DNA from: an uncultured bacterium
GTDB lineage: Bacteria; Patescibacteriota; Patescibacteriia; Magasanikbacterales; GWA2-37-8
Assembly (NCBI GenBank): GCA_937903605.1
Contig: CALCZC010000007.1
Coordinates: 124,459 to 188,458, forward strand
Length of the DNA stretch: 64,000 nt
Reading direction: 5' to 3'
The notes under the pieces were generated by a model. The model was given only the letters and a program-made list of their open reading frames with translations. It was not told the DNA's origin and did not search any database. The translations under genes and the position numbers were made by a program. Numbering within the stretch: the stretch's first letter is position 1; each line of letters begins with the position of its first letter. Below, one piece after another: positions 1 to 11,538 of the stretch.

Positions 1-1293
1 CCTTTTTTACCGGTGACCGGAGCGATAATAATTTCCGGATCAACCAAACCGGTCGGACGGACGATTTGTTCCACCACTTGGTCGCTCAATTTCATTTCAT
101 AATCATCGGGAGTCGCGGAAACATAAATAACTTTCTTGGTACGAGCATCAAATTCTTCATAAGTAAGCGGACGATTATCGCGCGCGCTGGGTAATCTGAA
201 TCCGTGTTCAATCAAAGTGTCTTTGCGTGATCTGTCGCCGGCAAACATCCCGCGCAATTGCGGAATAGTTACGTGCGATTCATCAATCACGGTCAAGAAA
301 TCCCCTGCTCCGTAATTGAAATAATCTAGCAAGGTAAAGGCCGGTTCGCCGGCTTTTCGCTCTTCAAAAAATCTGGAATAATTTTCTATACCGTTGCAAT
401 AACCGATATGTTCAATGAGTTCCAGATCATAATTTGTTTTACGTTTCAATCTTTCCGCTTCCAACAATTTACCGCCCCGCATCAATTCTTCATATCTGAT
501 TTTCAATTCATCTCTGATAGCTTGCAAGGCATTATTTTTGGTTTCTTGCGATACCACATAATGTTTAGCCGGAAAAAGCCAAACATCTTTACTTTCCCCC
601 ACCCTCTTGCGAGTCAAAGCGTCAAAAATTTCAATAGAATCTATTTTGTCGCTAAGTCCGAAACGATAAATTTTTTCTTCATTCACCGGAACCAATTCCA
701 AAACTTGTCCACGTAACAAAAATGTTCCACGTTTGAGTTCTCCGTTTGTTCTTTCAAATTTCATTTCAACTAATTTTTCCATCAAACCCCGACGATCCAG
801 TTTATCTCCAACTTCCAAATGCAAAACCGTGCGTTCGTATTCTTTTGGTGAACCAAGATTATAAATTGCCGATACTGATGCCACGATTATTACGTCTTTA
901 CGAGTGAGTAAAGCTTGCGTGCAAGCGTGACGCAAACGGTCTATTTCTTCGTTTATCTGCGCTTCTTTTTCAATATAAGTGTCAGTGTGGGGCATGTATG
1001 CCTCGGGTTGGTAGTAATCGTAAAAAGAAACAAAATACTCCACCGCATTATCGGGAAAAAATTCACGAAATTCATTGCAAAGTTGCGCGGCTAAAGTTTT
1101 GTTATGTGCAATAACCAGCGTCGGCTTCTGGGTTTTTTCTATAACATTGGCAATGGTAAAAGTTTTACCCGAACCGGTCACGCCAAGCAAAGTTTGCCGA
1201 CGCATATCAGAAGATATACCATCTACTAATTTTGTGATGGCCTCTGGCTGATCGCCTGATGGCTTGTAATTTGACTTAAGCTTAAACTTCATT
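1..1293 (-). CDS. uvrB: Excinuclease ABC subunit B, N-terminal ~431 aa. The gene starts at ATG 1293 (minus) and runs off the window edge.
   Basis: Reverse-complement translation from 1293 gives MKFKLKSNYKPSGDQPEAITKLVDGI...LLGVTGSGKTFTIANVI...PTLVIAHNKTLAAQL...YFVSFYDYYQPEAY... A check near 300-420 gives ...GIENYSRFFEERKAGEPAFTLLDYF..., which matches the UvrB helicase core. It is absent from the ORF track because it is truncated by the window edge. Confidence 0.85.
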
Positions 1294-1310
1294 TTAAACA
1301 ATGTTATTTT

Positions 1311-1406
1311 GTCATTCTGAGCAAAGCGAAGAATCGCTTATAGTTTAACTTATTTCCTAAATCCTTGTTTAAGGGATCTTTCTCCGCCTAGGCGGATCAA
1401 GATGAC
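1311..1406. repeat. MITE-like interspersed element, family A (GTCATYCTGAGC...GAATC...GGATC...GATGAC). One of three copies.
   Basis: Near-identical copies at 8004-8092 (inverted) and 27111-27207. It has GTCAT/ATGAC termini and internal hairpins, and it is intergenic. Confidence 0.8.
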
Positions 1407-1448
1407 GCTTACATACTTAATACTTGATACTATATACTTAATACTATT

Positions 1449-2543
1449 TTAGTATTTCTTCTCCACCATACTTTCCACTATACCTATAAGCAATAGATTC
1501 ATCATTAATGATGAGCCTCCATAGCTCACAAACGGCAAAGTGACACCGGTGACTGGCAACAATCCGACATTGGCACCAATATTAATAAAAAACTGTGTAA
1601 AAAACAAGGCTACAACTCCCGACACGGTCAAAGCAATAAAATCATTTCCAGTTTTAGAAGCCAAAGATAATAATCGCCAAAAAATAATCAAGAAAAGTAT
1701 TAAAATGACACTAACTCCCAAAAAACCCATTTCCTCGGCAATCACAGAAAAAACAAAGTCAGTCTGTGTTTCTGGTAAAAATCTCAATTGACTTTGTGAA
1801 CCAAAACCCAAACCACGGCCAAATAAATTTCCAGATCCAACCGCGATTATAGATTGAGTAACGTTATAACCGGACCCCAATGGATCGTGCGCCGGATTTA
1901 TAAAAGTTAAAACCCTGTCTTTTTGATAATCCTTTAACAAGAAAAACCAACTGAAAACAGATAGAACTATAAAAAAAACAATAAAACCAAAAATCAGGGA
2001 TTTTTTGGCTCCGGTTAAAAACATCAAGATAAACCAGATAGCTCCCAAAAGTATTGCCGATCCCAAGTCCGGTTGACCCATCACAAAAAAAATCGGAGTT
2101 AAGGTTAAAAATAAAGTAAAAAAGAAAAATTTAGGTCTCTCAAATTGTCTCCCCGCATTGGAGATAACATAAGCCAACATCAAAATCAAACCGACTTTAG
2201 CCAACTCTACCGGTTGAAAAGAAAAACCGGCAAAATTAAACCAACCGGTGGTACCACGAATATTTTGTCCGAATAACAAAACTCCGATCAACAAAATAAC
2301 AGAAGCAAAGTAAAACCAGCGGGCATAAATCTTGAAGAAAGTATATTGCAAAGCACTGCTAAAAAACAAAATTATCAGTCCCAACGATAAGGCTAAAATT
2401 TGTCTTTTGAAATATATCAATTCACTGCCCCGAGATAAATCCACGCTGTAAATAGCCATCAATCCGAAAGCAACCAAAAAAAATACGGCCAAAAAAAGAA
2501 GCCAGTCAAAACTCCTCCCTGAGAATTTGGCCAAACTAAACAT
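1449..2543 (-). CDS. SEDS-family peptidoglycan glycosyltransferase (RodA/FtsW/SpoVE)
   Basis: 10-TM protein with the FtsW/RodA signature ...SGYNVTQSIIAVGSGNLFGRGLGFGSQSQLRFLPETQTDFVFSVIAEEMGFLG... Confidence 0.85.
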   Translation of the reverse strand: MFSLAKFSGRSFDWLLFLAVFFLVAFGLMAIYSVDLSRGSELIYFKRQILALSLGLIILFFSSALQYTFFKIYARWFYFASVILLIGVLLFGQNIRGTTGWFNFAGFSFQPVELAKVGLILMLAYVISNAGRQFERPKFFFFTLFLTLTPIFFVMGQPDLGSAILLGAIWFILMFLTGAKKSLIFGFIVFFIVLSVFSWFFLLKDYQKDRVLTFINPAHDPLGSGYNVTQSIIAVGSGNLFGRGLGFGSQSQLRFLPETQTDFVFSVIAEEMGFLGVSVILILFLIIFWRLLSLASKTGNDFIALTVSGVVALFFTQFFINIGANVGLLPVTGVTLPFVSYGGSSLMMNLLLIGIVESMVEKKY

Positions 2544-2544
2544 A

Positions 2545-3504
2545 CTATCTTACCGGTTCAAAATAAACACTTCTTTCAAAATAATTGATGGAAGGATAAA
2601 TGACAATTTCGTCAACAGAAAGATTATCAGCAAAACTGCGTAAATCTATATTTCTCCTTTGCAATGATTCAAATCTTTCCAAGCGTATTTCTGCCACTCC
2701 CGTGGTAAAACCACCACTTTTAAATTCTACTAAAAATGTCGGGTCCCAGTAGTGAAACGGGCTATTGTTTATAAGATCAAACTTGATAATATTGGCATTT
2801 GCTCCTTCCGGATGTAAAACACCTTTAAAATCAAAATTTTCGACTACAAATAGATTTCTCTGCATAATATAGCCAATCGGATCGGGAAATAAATGAGCAT
2901 TCAATCTTTTAAAGGAAATATTTTCCAAAATCAAACCCGAACCATAATTATCCTCCAAACCAAATTCAGCAAACAACTTTGTTTCTTGTGGTAAAAGAAA
3001 GCCTTTCTTTTTTTCTGTCAAAACACCGTTAAACGAAAAATAATAATCGAAATAAACCACATGATTGGCGTTGGGGTTGGAAATTTGAGCCACTGCATCA
3101 TATTTACCGACACCGGAAACAAAAATTTGTGTTTCATCCATTAATAAAGCTTGTGGAGCAAAAATAGAACGTATTCTTTCATAATCATCAGAACGAGTCA
3201 TCTGTTCAATAGTTTTGTTGTCACGAGGTATCTCTATAATAAAAATCCAAGCAATCCTAAGTACAGAATAAAAAATAGTAATAACAGAAAAAACAACCAA
3301 ACAGCCTACCAAAATACGATACAATAACATGCGATTTTCTACATACCAAGCGGAAAAATTCAATTGGCGATTACTAAACATTCCCGTCGGATCTTCGTAT
3401 TTTTTAAAACCGTTTTTTTTGAGACCTTTTAAATTCGGGATATCTTGACCCGCATTAACGATTTTTCTTTGGTCTAAATTATTTTTTTGCGAATAAAAAT
3501 CCAT
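2545..3504 (-). CDS. Hypothetical membrane-anchored protein (single N-terminal TM, ~250-aa extracytoplasmic domain), co-oriented with the SEDS gene and abutting it
   Basis: A 319-aa ORF ends 1 bp before the SEDS start. TM segment LLYRILVGCLVVFSVITIFYSVL. No recognisable transpeptidase motifs (no SXXK). Confidence 0.6.
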   Translation of the reverse strand: MDFYSQKNNLDQRKIVNAGQDIPNLKGLKKNGFKKYEDPTGMFSNRQLNFSAWYVENRMLLYRILVGCLVVFSVITIFYSVLRIAWIFIIEIPRDNKTIEQMTRSDDYERIRSIFAPQALLMDETQIFVSGVGKYDAVAQISNPNANHVVYFDYYFSFNGVLTEKKKGFLLPQETKLFAEFGLEDNYGSGLILENISFKRLNAHLFPDPIGYIMQRNLFVVENFDFKGVLHPEGANANIIKFDLINNSPFHYWDPTFLVEFKSGGFTTGVAEIRLERFESLQRRNIDLRSFADNLSVDEIVIYPSINYFERSVYFEPVR

Positions 3505-3659
3505 ACTTTTTAAAATTAGTTCATTTAAGATAATTTTATCATTGTTTGTCTTTTTTTACAACAAAAGACATTTCTCTTCTATCAGTAAACTATTGTTTTG
3601 ACAATTTTTTAATAAATCCTAAAAATAGACTAGATCGTCTTTTTTGAATTTTTATACAC

Positions 3660-5781
<2,122 letters not shown>

Positions 5782-5784
5782 TTG

Positions 5785-5813
5785 GACTTCGGACTACAGA
5801 CTACGGACTACTG
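5785..5813. repeat. Short tandem heptamer repeat (ggactac x4) followed by a partial family-A MITE 5' half at 5813-5848
   Basis: ggacttcggactacagactacggactact, then ctgtcattgcgagtgaaacgaaacaatcc. Confidence 0.6.
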
Positions 5814-5889
5814 TCATTGCGAGTGAAACGAAACAATCCCACTGATTTGAGAAATTGATAATTAATAATTAAAAATTGACAAAACAAAC

Positions 5890-5921
5890 AAAAAACTTCG
5901 CTGATTGGGCGAAGTTTTTTT
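5890..5921. terminator. Bidirectional rho-independent terminator shared by gyrB (+) and the convergent 5968-6864 gene (-)
   Basis: A-run, then hairpin cttcgctgattgggcgaag, then T-run. Almost the same hairpin sequence recurs at 24517-24548. Confidence 0.8.
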
Positions 5922-5967
5922 ATTTTTTAAATTACTTTATTTTTTTATAGAATTATATATTTAAAAA

Positions 5968-6864
5968 TTAATCAAAAGCTCGTACATGCAAATTTTTCAT
6001 AGTTGCAAATAATTTTCTTTCAAAATCAAAGAAAAAACGGTACATCTCTTTTCTTTCACCATCCTTTAGATAACCCCGTCCATCATCATCTAGCCAACTC
6101 CGAAAATTACCCAATTCTATCATTATTTGCTTACTAAGTAAATCCAAATTATTATAACTTTTTCCAAAAAGTCTTTCATCTTTTGAGAGTTTTTCTACAA
6201 CTTTTGTTAAAACATCATTATTAAAGTTATTAAAATTATTCATTTTCATGGTTTTTTCAATAAACTTAACATAACAATCTTCGATAGATAATTTTTCATC
6301 ATTTTCCGATAAACTTTGTGTTTCTAGTAAAATTTCTTTTATTAATTTTTGAGATCTAGCAAATAAATCTTTAATTTTTTCAAAACCCCCTAAAATGTAC
6401 GATTTTCGATATTGAAGTACTTGAAACCAACCAGGGGGATTTTCTTCAAGTTCACTTAACTTTTCCAAAAAAGGTTGAGTATTTATCAAATATTCATTAA
6501 AATTTTTAGCGTAAGTAGAATTATCGTTTATCTTTTCAGTGAGTAATTTAGCAAAATCTCCATAACTTTTTTTAACTAGTTCAGTGTCGAGAAAAAACTC
6601 TTTATCTTCTGGATTAAAACCTAATTCTTTCATTTTTTCTATTTGAGATTTTAATTCTTCAATTTCTTTTTTTAAAGATTTAATTTCCTCATCTTTTTCT
6701 ATATTTTTTATTTCTTCTTTCCCTTCTACTTTATTAAATCTTTCCATAACTTCTTCATGACTAGAAACACCAACTATCTCTTTTGCCTCTTCCAATTCTC
6801 CTGAATTTTTAATTTCTAAATCATATTCTTTATAAGCAGGATGAACATTTTTATTTTTTTCCAT
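5968..6864 (-). CDS. Hypothetical coiled-coil protein (Lys/Glu-rich N-terminal half), with no recognisable family
   Basis: A 298-aa ORF in a very AT-rich stretch bounded by MITE copies. It has heptad-like KEIEELKSQIEKMKEL repeats. Confidence 0.55.
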   Translation of the reverse strand: MEKNKNVHPAYKEYDLEIKNSGELEEAKEIVGVSSHEEVMERFNKVEGKEEIKNIEKDEEIKSLKKEIEELKSQIEKMKELGFNPEDKEFFLDTELVKKSYGDFAKLLTEKINDNSTYAKNFNEYLINTQPFLEKLSELEENPPGWFQVLQYRKSYILGGFEKIKDLFARSQKLIKEILLETQSLSENDEKLSIEDCYVKFIEKTMKMNNFNNFNNDVLTKVVEKLSKDERLFGKSYNNLDLLSKQIMIELGNFRSWLDDDGRGYLKDGERKEMYRFFFDFERKLFATMKNLHVRAFD

Positions 6865-6935
6865 ATTTTAAAAATTATTTTTTATATTTTATATTACGAT
6901 ACCAATTTTATTAAGTTTTTGTCAAACGAGTTGAG

Positions 6936-6955
6936 CCTGCCTGTCGGCAGACAGG
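6936..6955. repeat. GC-rich palindrome, variant of the CCTGCCTRCCGGCAGGCAGG family
   Basis: cctgcctgtcggcagacagg lies immediately 5' of a MITE family-B copy. Confidence 0.7.
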
Positions 6956-6960
6956 ATACT

Positions 6961-7034
6961 GTCATTCCTGCGAAGGCAGGAATCCAGTGGCTATCTTAAT
7001 TTTTCCTGAGGATCCCCGCCTTCGCGGGGATGAC
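6961..7034. repeat. MITE-like element, family B (GTCATTCCTGC-hairpin-GAATCCAGTGG...TTTCCTG-GGATCC-hairpin-GATGAC)
   Basis: Second copy at 9759-9875 with the same termini and spacer motifs but different internal hairpin arms. Confidence 0.75.
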
Positions 7035-7123
7035 AATTGGGACTATTTTTAAATATCTTAATATCCAATATCCCAATATCTTTTTGGCTACATTTAGCCA
7101 AAATCACCAGTGCACACCCAATC

Positions 7124-7152
7124 TTGACTAAATCCCCGACTTATGTTAATAT
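7124..7152 (+). promoter_or_regulatory. Sigma70-like promoter for secE-nusG (TTGACT-17-TAATAT)
   Basis: cttgactaaatccccgacttatgttaatat lies 45 bp upstream of the secE ATG. Confidence 0.55.
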
Positions 7153-7196
7153 ATTAGTATAAATCGGCTGACAGGCCGTTTTTAAATACAAAAAAT

Positions 7197-7385
7197 ATGA
7201 TCGAAAAAATGATCCAATATTTCAAGGATTCTTACGCCGAGATGAAAAAAGTCACTTGGCCGACAAAAAAACAAACCATCAACTACAGCGCTTTGGTTAT
7301 CGCCATGAGCGTCGGGATGGCGGTGTTTTTTTCTGTTTTGGACTACGTGTTCAACTTGGGTTTAACCAAACTCATCACTCAGTAA
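7197..7385 (+). CDS. secE: Preprotein translocase subunit SecE
   Basis: A 62-aa protein with a single C-terminal TM, and ...KKVTWPTKKQT..., in the conserved position upstream of nusG. Confidence 0.8.
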   Translation: MIEKMIQYFKDSYAEMKKVTWPTKKQTINYSALVIAMSVGMAVFFSVLDYVFNLGLTKLITQ

Positions 7386-7411
7386 TTTATCTTAACTAAG
7401 GAGAAAATAAT

Positions 7412-7957
7412 ATGGCTAAACAAACGATGAATCTCGGTCGTCGCTGGTATGTACTACATACTTATAGCGGTTACGAAGAAAATGTAAAACACAATTTGGA
7501 ACAAAGAATCGCTTCTTTTGATATGCAAGATAGAATTTTTAATATTTTGGTTCCTAAAGAAAAGAAAATTAAAATAAAAAATGGCAAACGCACCACTGTA
7601 GAAGAAAAGATTTTTCCTGGTTATGTGCTTTGTGAGATGATTGTAACAGATGATTCTTGGTATGTTGTTCGCAACACTCCAAACGTTACCGGCTTTGTTG
7701 GTTCCGGCACTACTCCAACTCCTATAGACCAAAAAGAAATAGAAAGTTTAATGAAAAGAGTGTCTGCAGAAAATACTCAACAAAAAATTGATATGGAAGT
7801 TAGTGATATCGTTCGTATTGTTGATGGTCCTTTCAAAAATTTCGAAGGTAAGGTCAGTCATGTTGATGAAGAACGCGGTAAAATCAAAGTCATGGTTACT
7901 ATGTTCGGTCGTGAAACACCGGTTGAATTGGATGCTTTACAAGCTAAAAAGATTTAA
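7412..7957 (+). CDS. nusG: Transcription termination/antitermination factor NusG
   Basis: NGN domain (WYVLHTYSGYEENV) plus a C-terminal KOW (IVRIVDGPFKNFEGKVSHVDEERGKIKVMVTMFGRETPVELD). SD taaggag. Confidence 0.9.
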   Translation: MAKQTMNLGRRWYVLHTYSGYEENVKHNLEQRIASFDMQDRIFNILVPKEKKIKIKNGKRTTVEEKIFPGYVLCEMIVTDDSWYVVRNTPNVTGFVGSGTTPTPIDQKEIESLMKRVSAENTQQKIDMEVSDIVRIVDGPFKNFEGKVSHVDEERGKIKVMVTMFGRETPVELDALQAKKI

Positions 7958-8003
7958 TAATCAAACTACTGCCCTGGCAACAGGGGCTTCTCAGTAGACA
8001 AAC

Positions 8004-8092
8004 GTCATCCTGAGCGTAGCGAAGGATCCCTTAAACAAGGATTTAGGAAATAAGTTAAACTATAAGCGATTCTTCGCTTCGCTCAGAATGAC
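8004..8092. repeat. MITE-like element, family A, inverted copy, occupying the nusG-rplK spacer
   Basis: Reverse complement of the 1311-1406 copy. It supplies an in-frame ATG (8088) that falsely extends the rplK ORF in the ORF track. Confidence 0.8.
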
Positions 8093-8120
8093 AAAATTAA
8101 AAATTAAAAATTGCTTTACT

Positions 8121-8546
8121 ATGGCAAAAAAATTACTTACTCAAATCAAATTGCAAATCATGGGTGGCGCCGCCAACCCAGCACCACCGGTTGGTCCGGC
8201 TTTGGGTCAACATGGGGTAAATATCGCCGGATTTTGTAAAGAATTCAACGATAAAACTCAAGATAAAAAAGGTGAAGTCGTACCAGTGGTTATCTCTGTA
8301 TACGATGATAGAAGTTTTTCTTTCATCATGAAAACTGCACCGGTTGCCGAACTTATCAAAAAAGCCGCTAAAATCAGTAAGGGTTCAGCCAAACCTTTAC
8401 AAGAAAAAGTTGGCAAATTGACTAAAGCTCAAGTTCGCGAAATCGCCGAGAAAAAACTTTCCGATTTAAACGCTAGTGATGTTGAAGCTGCCATGAAAAT
8501 GGTAGAAGGCACTGCCAGACAAATGGGTGTAACGATTGAGGGATAA
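8121..8546 (+). CDS. rplK: 50S ribosomal protein L11
   Basis: [43 protein letters not shown]... The start is set at the ATG giving the canonical MAKK N-terminus. The ORF-track start at 8088 lies inside the MITE. Confidence 0.9.
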   Translation: MAKKLLTQIKLQIMGGAANPAPPVGPALGQHGVNIAGFCKEFNDKTQDKKGEVVPVVISVYDDRSFSFIMKTAPVAELIKKAAKISKGSAKPLQEKVGKLTKAQVREIAEKKLSDLNASDVEAAMKMVEGTARQMGVTIEG

Positions 8547-8559
8547 AATAAATTCAACA

Positions 8560-8591
8560 AAAATAACGGTCTTACGACCGTTATTTTTTTG
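8560..8591 (+). terminator. Rho-independent terminator after rplK (no rplA follows)
   Basis: Hairpin aacggtcttacgaccgtt followed by a T-run. Confidence 0.75.
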
Positions 8592-8628
8592 TTCTATCAA
8601 TCTTTAAATCTTATAATCTTGAAATCTT

Positions 8629-9741
8629 TTAATATAGTAGCATTGCATCTCCAAAACTATAAAATCTATAGTCTTCTTTTACCGCTTCTTCATAACATTT
8701 GAGCATAAATTCTCGATCATCGGCAAAAGCGCAAACTAACATCAGCAAAGTGCTTTTTGGTAAATGAAAATTGGTAATCAAAGCATCAATCACTTGAAAT
8801 TTAAAACCTGGAATAATAAAAAGATTTATATCTCCTTGAAAAGATTTTATTAATCTTTTATCTTTAGAGTCTTTATTTATTTCTGCCAAACCTTCCAAAG
8901 TGCGGACTGTGGTGGTGCCCACGGCAATTATTCTCCTACCTTGTGCCTTGGCATCATTTATCAGACTGGCATTTTTATCAGTCACTTCTACCCATTCATG
9001 GTGCATTTTATGATTTTCCAATTTTTCAGTTTTAACCGGTTGAAAAGTACCTAAACCGACATGTAAAGTAACTTCAGCAAAATCTACACCCTTTTGTTTT
9101 ATTTTTTCAATCAATTCCGGTGTAAAATGAAAACCGGCTGTTGGTGCGGCTACCGAACCCTCATTTTTTGCATATACAGTTTGATATTTATCATTTAGTT
9201 CATCTTGGGTAATATTAATATTTTTGATATATGGCGGAGTTGGTACTTCACCATATTTATTGGCTTTGGCACGAACATTAAAATCACTGTCGTTAAAATC
9301 AACCAAAACAGTGCCATCCGTATCTTTGAGCAATACTTCGGCAACAAAATCCGTAGCAAAAACTATTTTCATTCCCAAACGTAGTCGCTTCCCCGGTTTA
9401 GCTAGCACTTTCCAAATACCTTCATTTTCCGAAGGTCTTAACAGAAAAACTTCTACTGGTTTCAAATTGAGAATTTTATTGGTTGACTTTCTGTCTTTGA
9501 GATTATCTGACCTCTGATCAAGCTTGATTTCTCCTTTTAACCTCGCTTTAAAAACTTTGGAATTGTTCCACACTACCAAATCTCCAGGTTGCAGGTAATC
9601 CAAAATATCAGTAAATTTTTTGTGTTCAACGGTTTTTTCTTCTTTATTAATTACCATCAAACGTGAAGAATCCCGAGGCTCTGCCGGAGCTTGAGCGATA
9701 TTTTTAACGGGCAGGTTGTAGTCGAAGTCGGAAGTATGCAT
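8629..9741 (-). CDS. queA: S-adenosylmethionine:tRNA ribosyltransferase-isomerase
   Basis: MHTSDFDYNLPVKNIAQAPAEPRDSSRLMV... and C-terminal ...TLLMLVCAFADDREFMLKCYEEAVKEDYRFYSFGDAMLL. Confidence 0.85.
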   Translation of the reverse strand: MHTSDFDYNLPVKNIAQAPAEPRDSSRLMVINKEEKTVEHKKFTDILDYLQPGDLVVWNNSKVFKARLKGEIKLDQRSDNLKDRKSTNKILNLKPVEVFLLRPSENEGIWKVLAKPGKRLRLGMKIVFATDFVAEVLLKDTDGTVLVDFNDSDFNVRAKANKYGEVPTPPYIKNINITQDELNDKYQTVYAKNEGSVAAPTAGFHFTPELIEKIKQKGVDFAEVTLHVGLGTFQPVKTEKLENHKMHHEWVEVTDKNASLINDAKAQGRRIIAVGTTTVRTLEGLAEINKDSKDKRLIKSFQGDINLFIIPGFKFQVIDALITNFHLPKSTLLMLVCAFADDREFMLKCYEEAVKEDYRFYSFGDAMLLY

Positions 9742-9758
9742 AAAAAGTTTTTTATTTT

Positions 9759-9875
9759 GTCATTCCTGCAGGCCAAAGGCCTCCCTTTGGGAAACGCGAA
9801 GAATCCAGTGGTTTTATTAAAATTTTCCTGGATCCCTGCTGTAGTTTATACCCGCTTGACGGGTGCAGGGATGAC
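9759..9875. repeat. MITE-like element, family B copy
   Basis: gtcattcctgcaggccaaaggcc...gaatccagtgg...ttttcctggatccctgc...gcagggatgac. Confidence 0.75.
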
Positions 9876-9890
9876 ACTTTATTTCAATTT

Positions 9891-10760
9891 TTACTTTAAA
9901 TATCTCACCTTATATATGTTATGTTGTTCTAGCGTTTTAGAGTAGTATATATTTCCATCATTATCGCTCAAAAAATACCAATAATCGTTTTTTTCCGGAT
10001 AAATTACCGCTTTTATAGCAGTTAAACTAGGGTTGGCTATAGGTCCTGGGGGTAAACCGCGATATTTGTAAGTATTATAAGGCGAATCTATCTGTGTGTC
10101 TGCAAGCGATACGGCCGGAGTGGTTTTGCCGGTAATATAATTGACTGTAGCACAAGATTGTAAAGCCCATTTCATATTGAGACGTCGCCAAAAAATATCT
10201 GCTACTTTGGCCATACTAGTAGCGTCCGGTGCTTCTTTTTCTACGATTGAAGCCATGGTCAAAATTTCAAAAAAAGTTTTATTTTGTCGTGTTATTTCTT
10301 CCCTCATTTCCGGAGTTATTTTCTTTTCCAAATTTTCAAAAATTTTTCTGAGTATTTCTTCCGGTTTGGCGTCTTTATAAATACGATAAGTATCAGGATA
10401 TATAAAACCCTCGTAAGAAGAGTTTTTTTCTTTTTCTTTTAAAATGGAAAAATCTGGAAAAAGCCCGGTAAGATCTGGAGCAGAGTTTCCCAATCCCCCG
10501 TATTTATGAGCCGGTTTTCCAAAAAGATTATAAATTTCTTCTTCGTTTTTAAACAATCCTTTAGATACCCAATCAGCGGCTACTTGTCGCAAAGTCCAGC
10601 CTGGAATAATGGTAATATTTATTTCCTCTCGTGGCGGAGCCATTTTTTTCTTTGCTTCCTCAGCTGCTTTGTGTTTTTGATAACCAAAAAAACCGACCGC
10701 TAAAGGCAGGCCAATAAGTATGAGTATAGAAATGCTTATTATTTTGTTATTGAAAGACAT
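9891..10760 (-). CDS. mltG: Endolytic murein transglycosylase MltG (YceG family)
   Basis: N-terminal TM plus a YceG-like domain ...DSPYNTYKYRGLPPGPIANPSLTAIKAVIYPEKNDYWYFLSDNDGNIYYSKTLEQH. Confidence 0.8.
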   Translation of the reverse strand: MSFNNKIISISILILIGLPLAVGFFGYQKHKAAEEAKKKMAPPREEINITIIPGWTLRQVAADWVSKGLFKNEEEIYNLFGKPAHKYGGLGNSAPDLTGLFPDFSILKEKEKNSSYEGFIYPDTYRIYKDAKPEEILRKIFENLEKKITPEMREEITRQNKTFFEILTMASIVEKEAPDATSMAKVADIFWRRLNMKWALQSCATVNYITGKTTPAVSLADTQIDSPYNTYKYRGLPPGPIANPSLTAIKAVIYPEKNDYWYFLSDNDGNIYYSKTLEQHNIYKVRYLK

Positions 10761-10765
10761 GAAAA

Positions 10766-10845
10766 TAAATATTAAATATTGGATATTGAATATTAAAAAA
10801 ATTTAAACGGTTTACTAATATTCAATATTTAATATTCAGTATTAT
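10766..10845. repeat. AT-rich inverted-repeat array (aatattgaatatt / aatattcaatatt), one of three
   Basis: Same motif arrays at 50321-50398 and 58624-58722. All are intergenic. Confidence 0.6.
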
Positions 10846-11537
10846 TCGTTCCAATTCTCTCTCGCCCATTCCAATCTCTCCGGTACGCCAATGTCTATCC
10901 AATCACCATCAAAAGTATAAACATCCAGCTCTTTCATCTTGGGAAAAACATCATATTCTACGCTAAAACTATTTAACTCTTTAGGAAAATGTTCGTGGGC
11001 TTTGTGTGTAAAAAGATAAATACCTCCATTTATATATCCAGGAATATTTTTACCTTCTTTTTCTTTAAATTCCAGCAGATTATTTTTTTCATCAAATAAT
11101 AAAGTACCATAAGTACTGGAATCTTCTACGCGAGCCCCGAGCAATAATCCTTCTTTATCCGGATTTAATCTGGTTAACATTTCTCGTAAATTTACTCCTG
11201 TTAAAATATCCCCGTTTAATACGAATGTCGGCAGATGTGGATCTTTTAAATGTGAGAAAGCGAATTTAATAGCACCACCAGTTCCTAAACGTTCTTTTTC
11301 TATCGCATAAATTAGTTTTACTCCATTTCTTTCTTCACCAACGGTATTTTTCAAAACTTCGGAAAGATGGCCTGCAGCCAAAACAACTTCATTTAGACCT
11401 ATTTCTTTAATTTTTTCCAACTGCCAATCTAAAACCGTTTTACCTTTTATTTCTAGTAAAACCTTAGGGATAGATTTGGTTATATCTTTTAGTCTAGTGG
11501 ATAATCCACCACAAAGGATGATTGCATTCATAATCAA
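10842..11537 (-). CDS. Sugar-phosphate nucleotidyltransferase (NTP_transferase family)
   Basis: AIILCGGLSTRLKDITKSIPKVLLEIKGKTVLDWQLE...GTGGAIKFA is a typical G-rich pyrophosphorylase signature. Confidence 0.75.
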   Translation of the reverse strand: MIMNAIILCGGLSTRLKDITKSIPKVLLEIKGKTVLDWQLEKIKEIGLNEVVLAAGHLSEVLKNTVGEERNGVKLIYAIEKERLGTGGAIKFAFSHLKDPHLPTFVLNGDILTGVNLREMLTRLNPDKEGLLLGARVEDSSTYGTLLFDEKNNLLEFKEKEGKNIPGYINGGIYLFTHKAHEHFPKELNSFSVEYDVFPKMKELDVYTFDGDWIDIGVPERLEWARENWNE

Positions 11538-11538
11538 G

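Noticed and set aside
408-716. 102-aa plus-strand ORF
   Set aside because: It lies entirely antisense within the uvrB coding region, whose reverse frame translates cleanly into UvrB motifs.
1540-1791. 83-aa plus-strand ORF
   Set aside because: It is antisense inside the SEDS (RodA/FtsW) gene.
8088-8120. N-terminal extension [11 protein letters not shown] on rplK
   Set aside because: The ATG belongs to the MITE copy (gaatgac terminus). L11 begins with the canonical MAKK at 8121.
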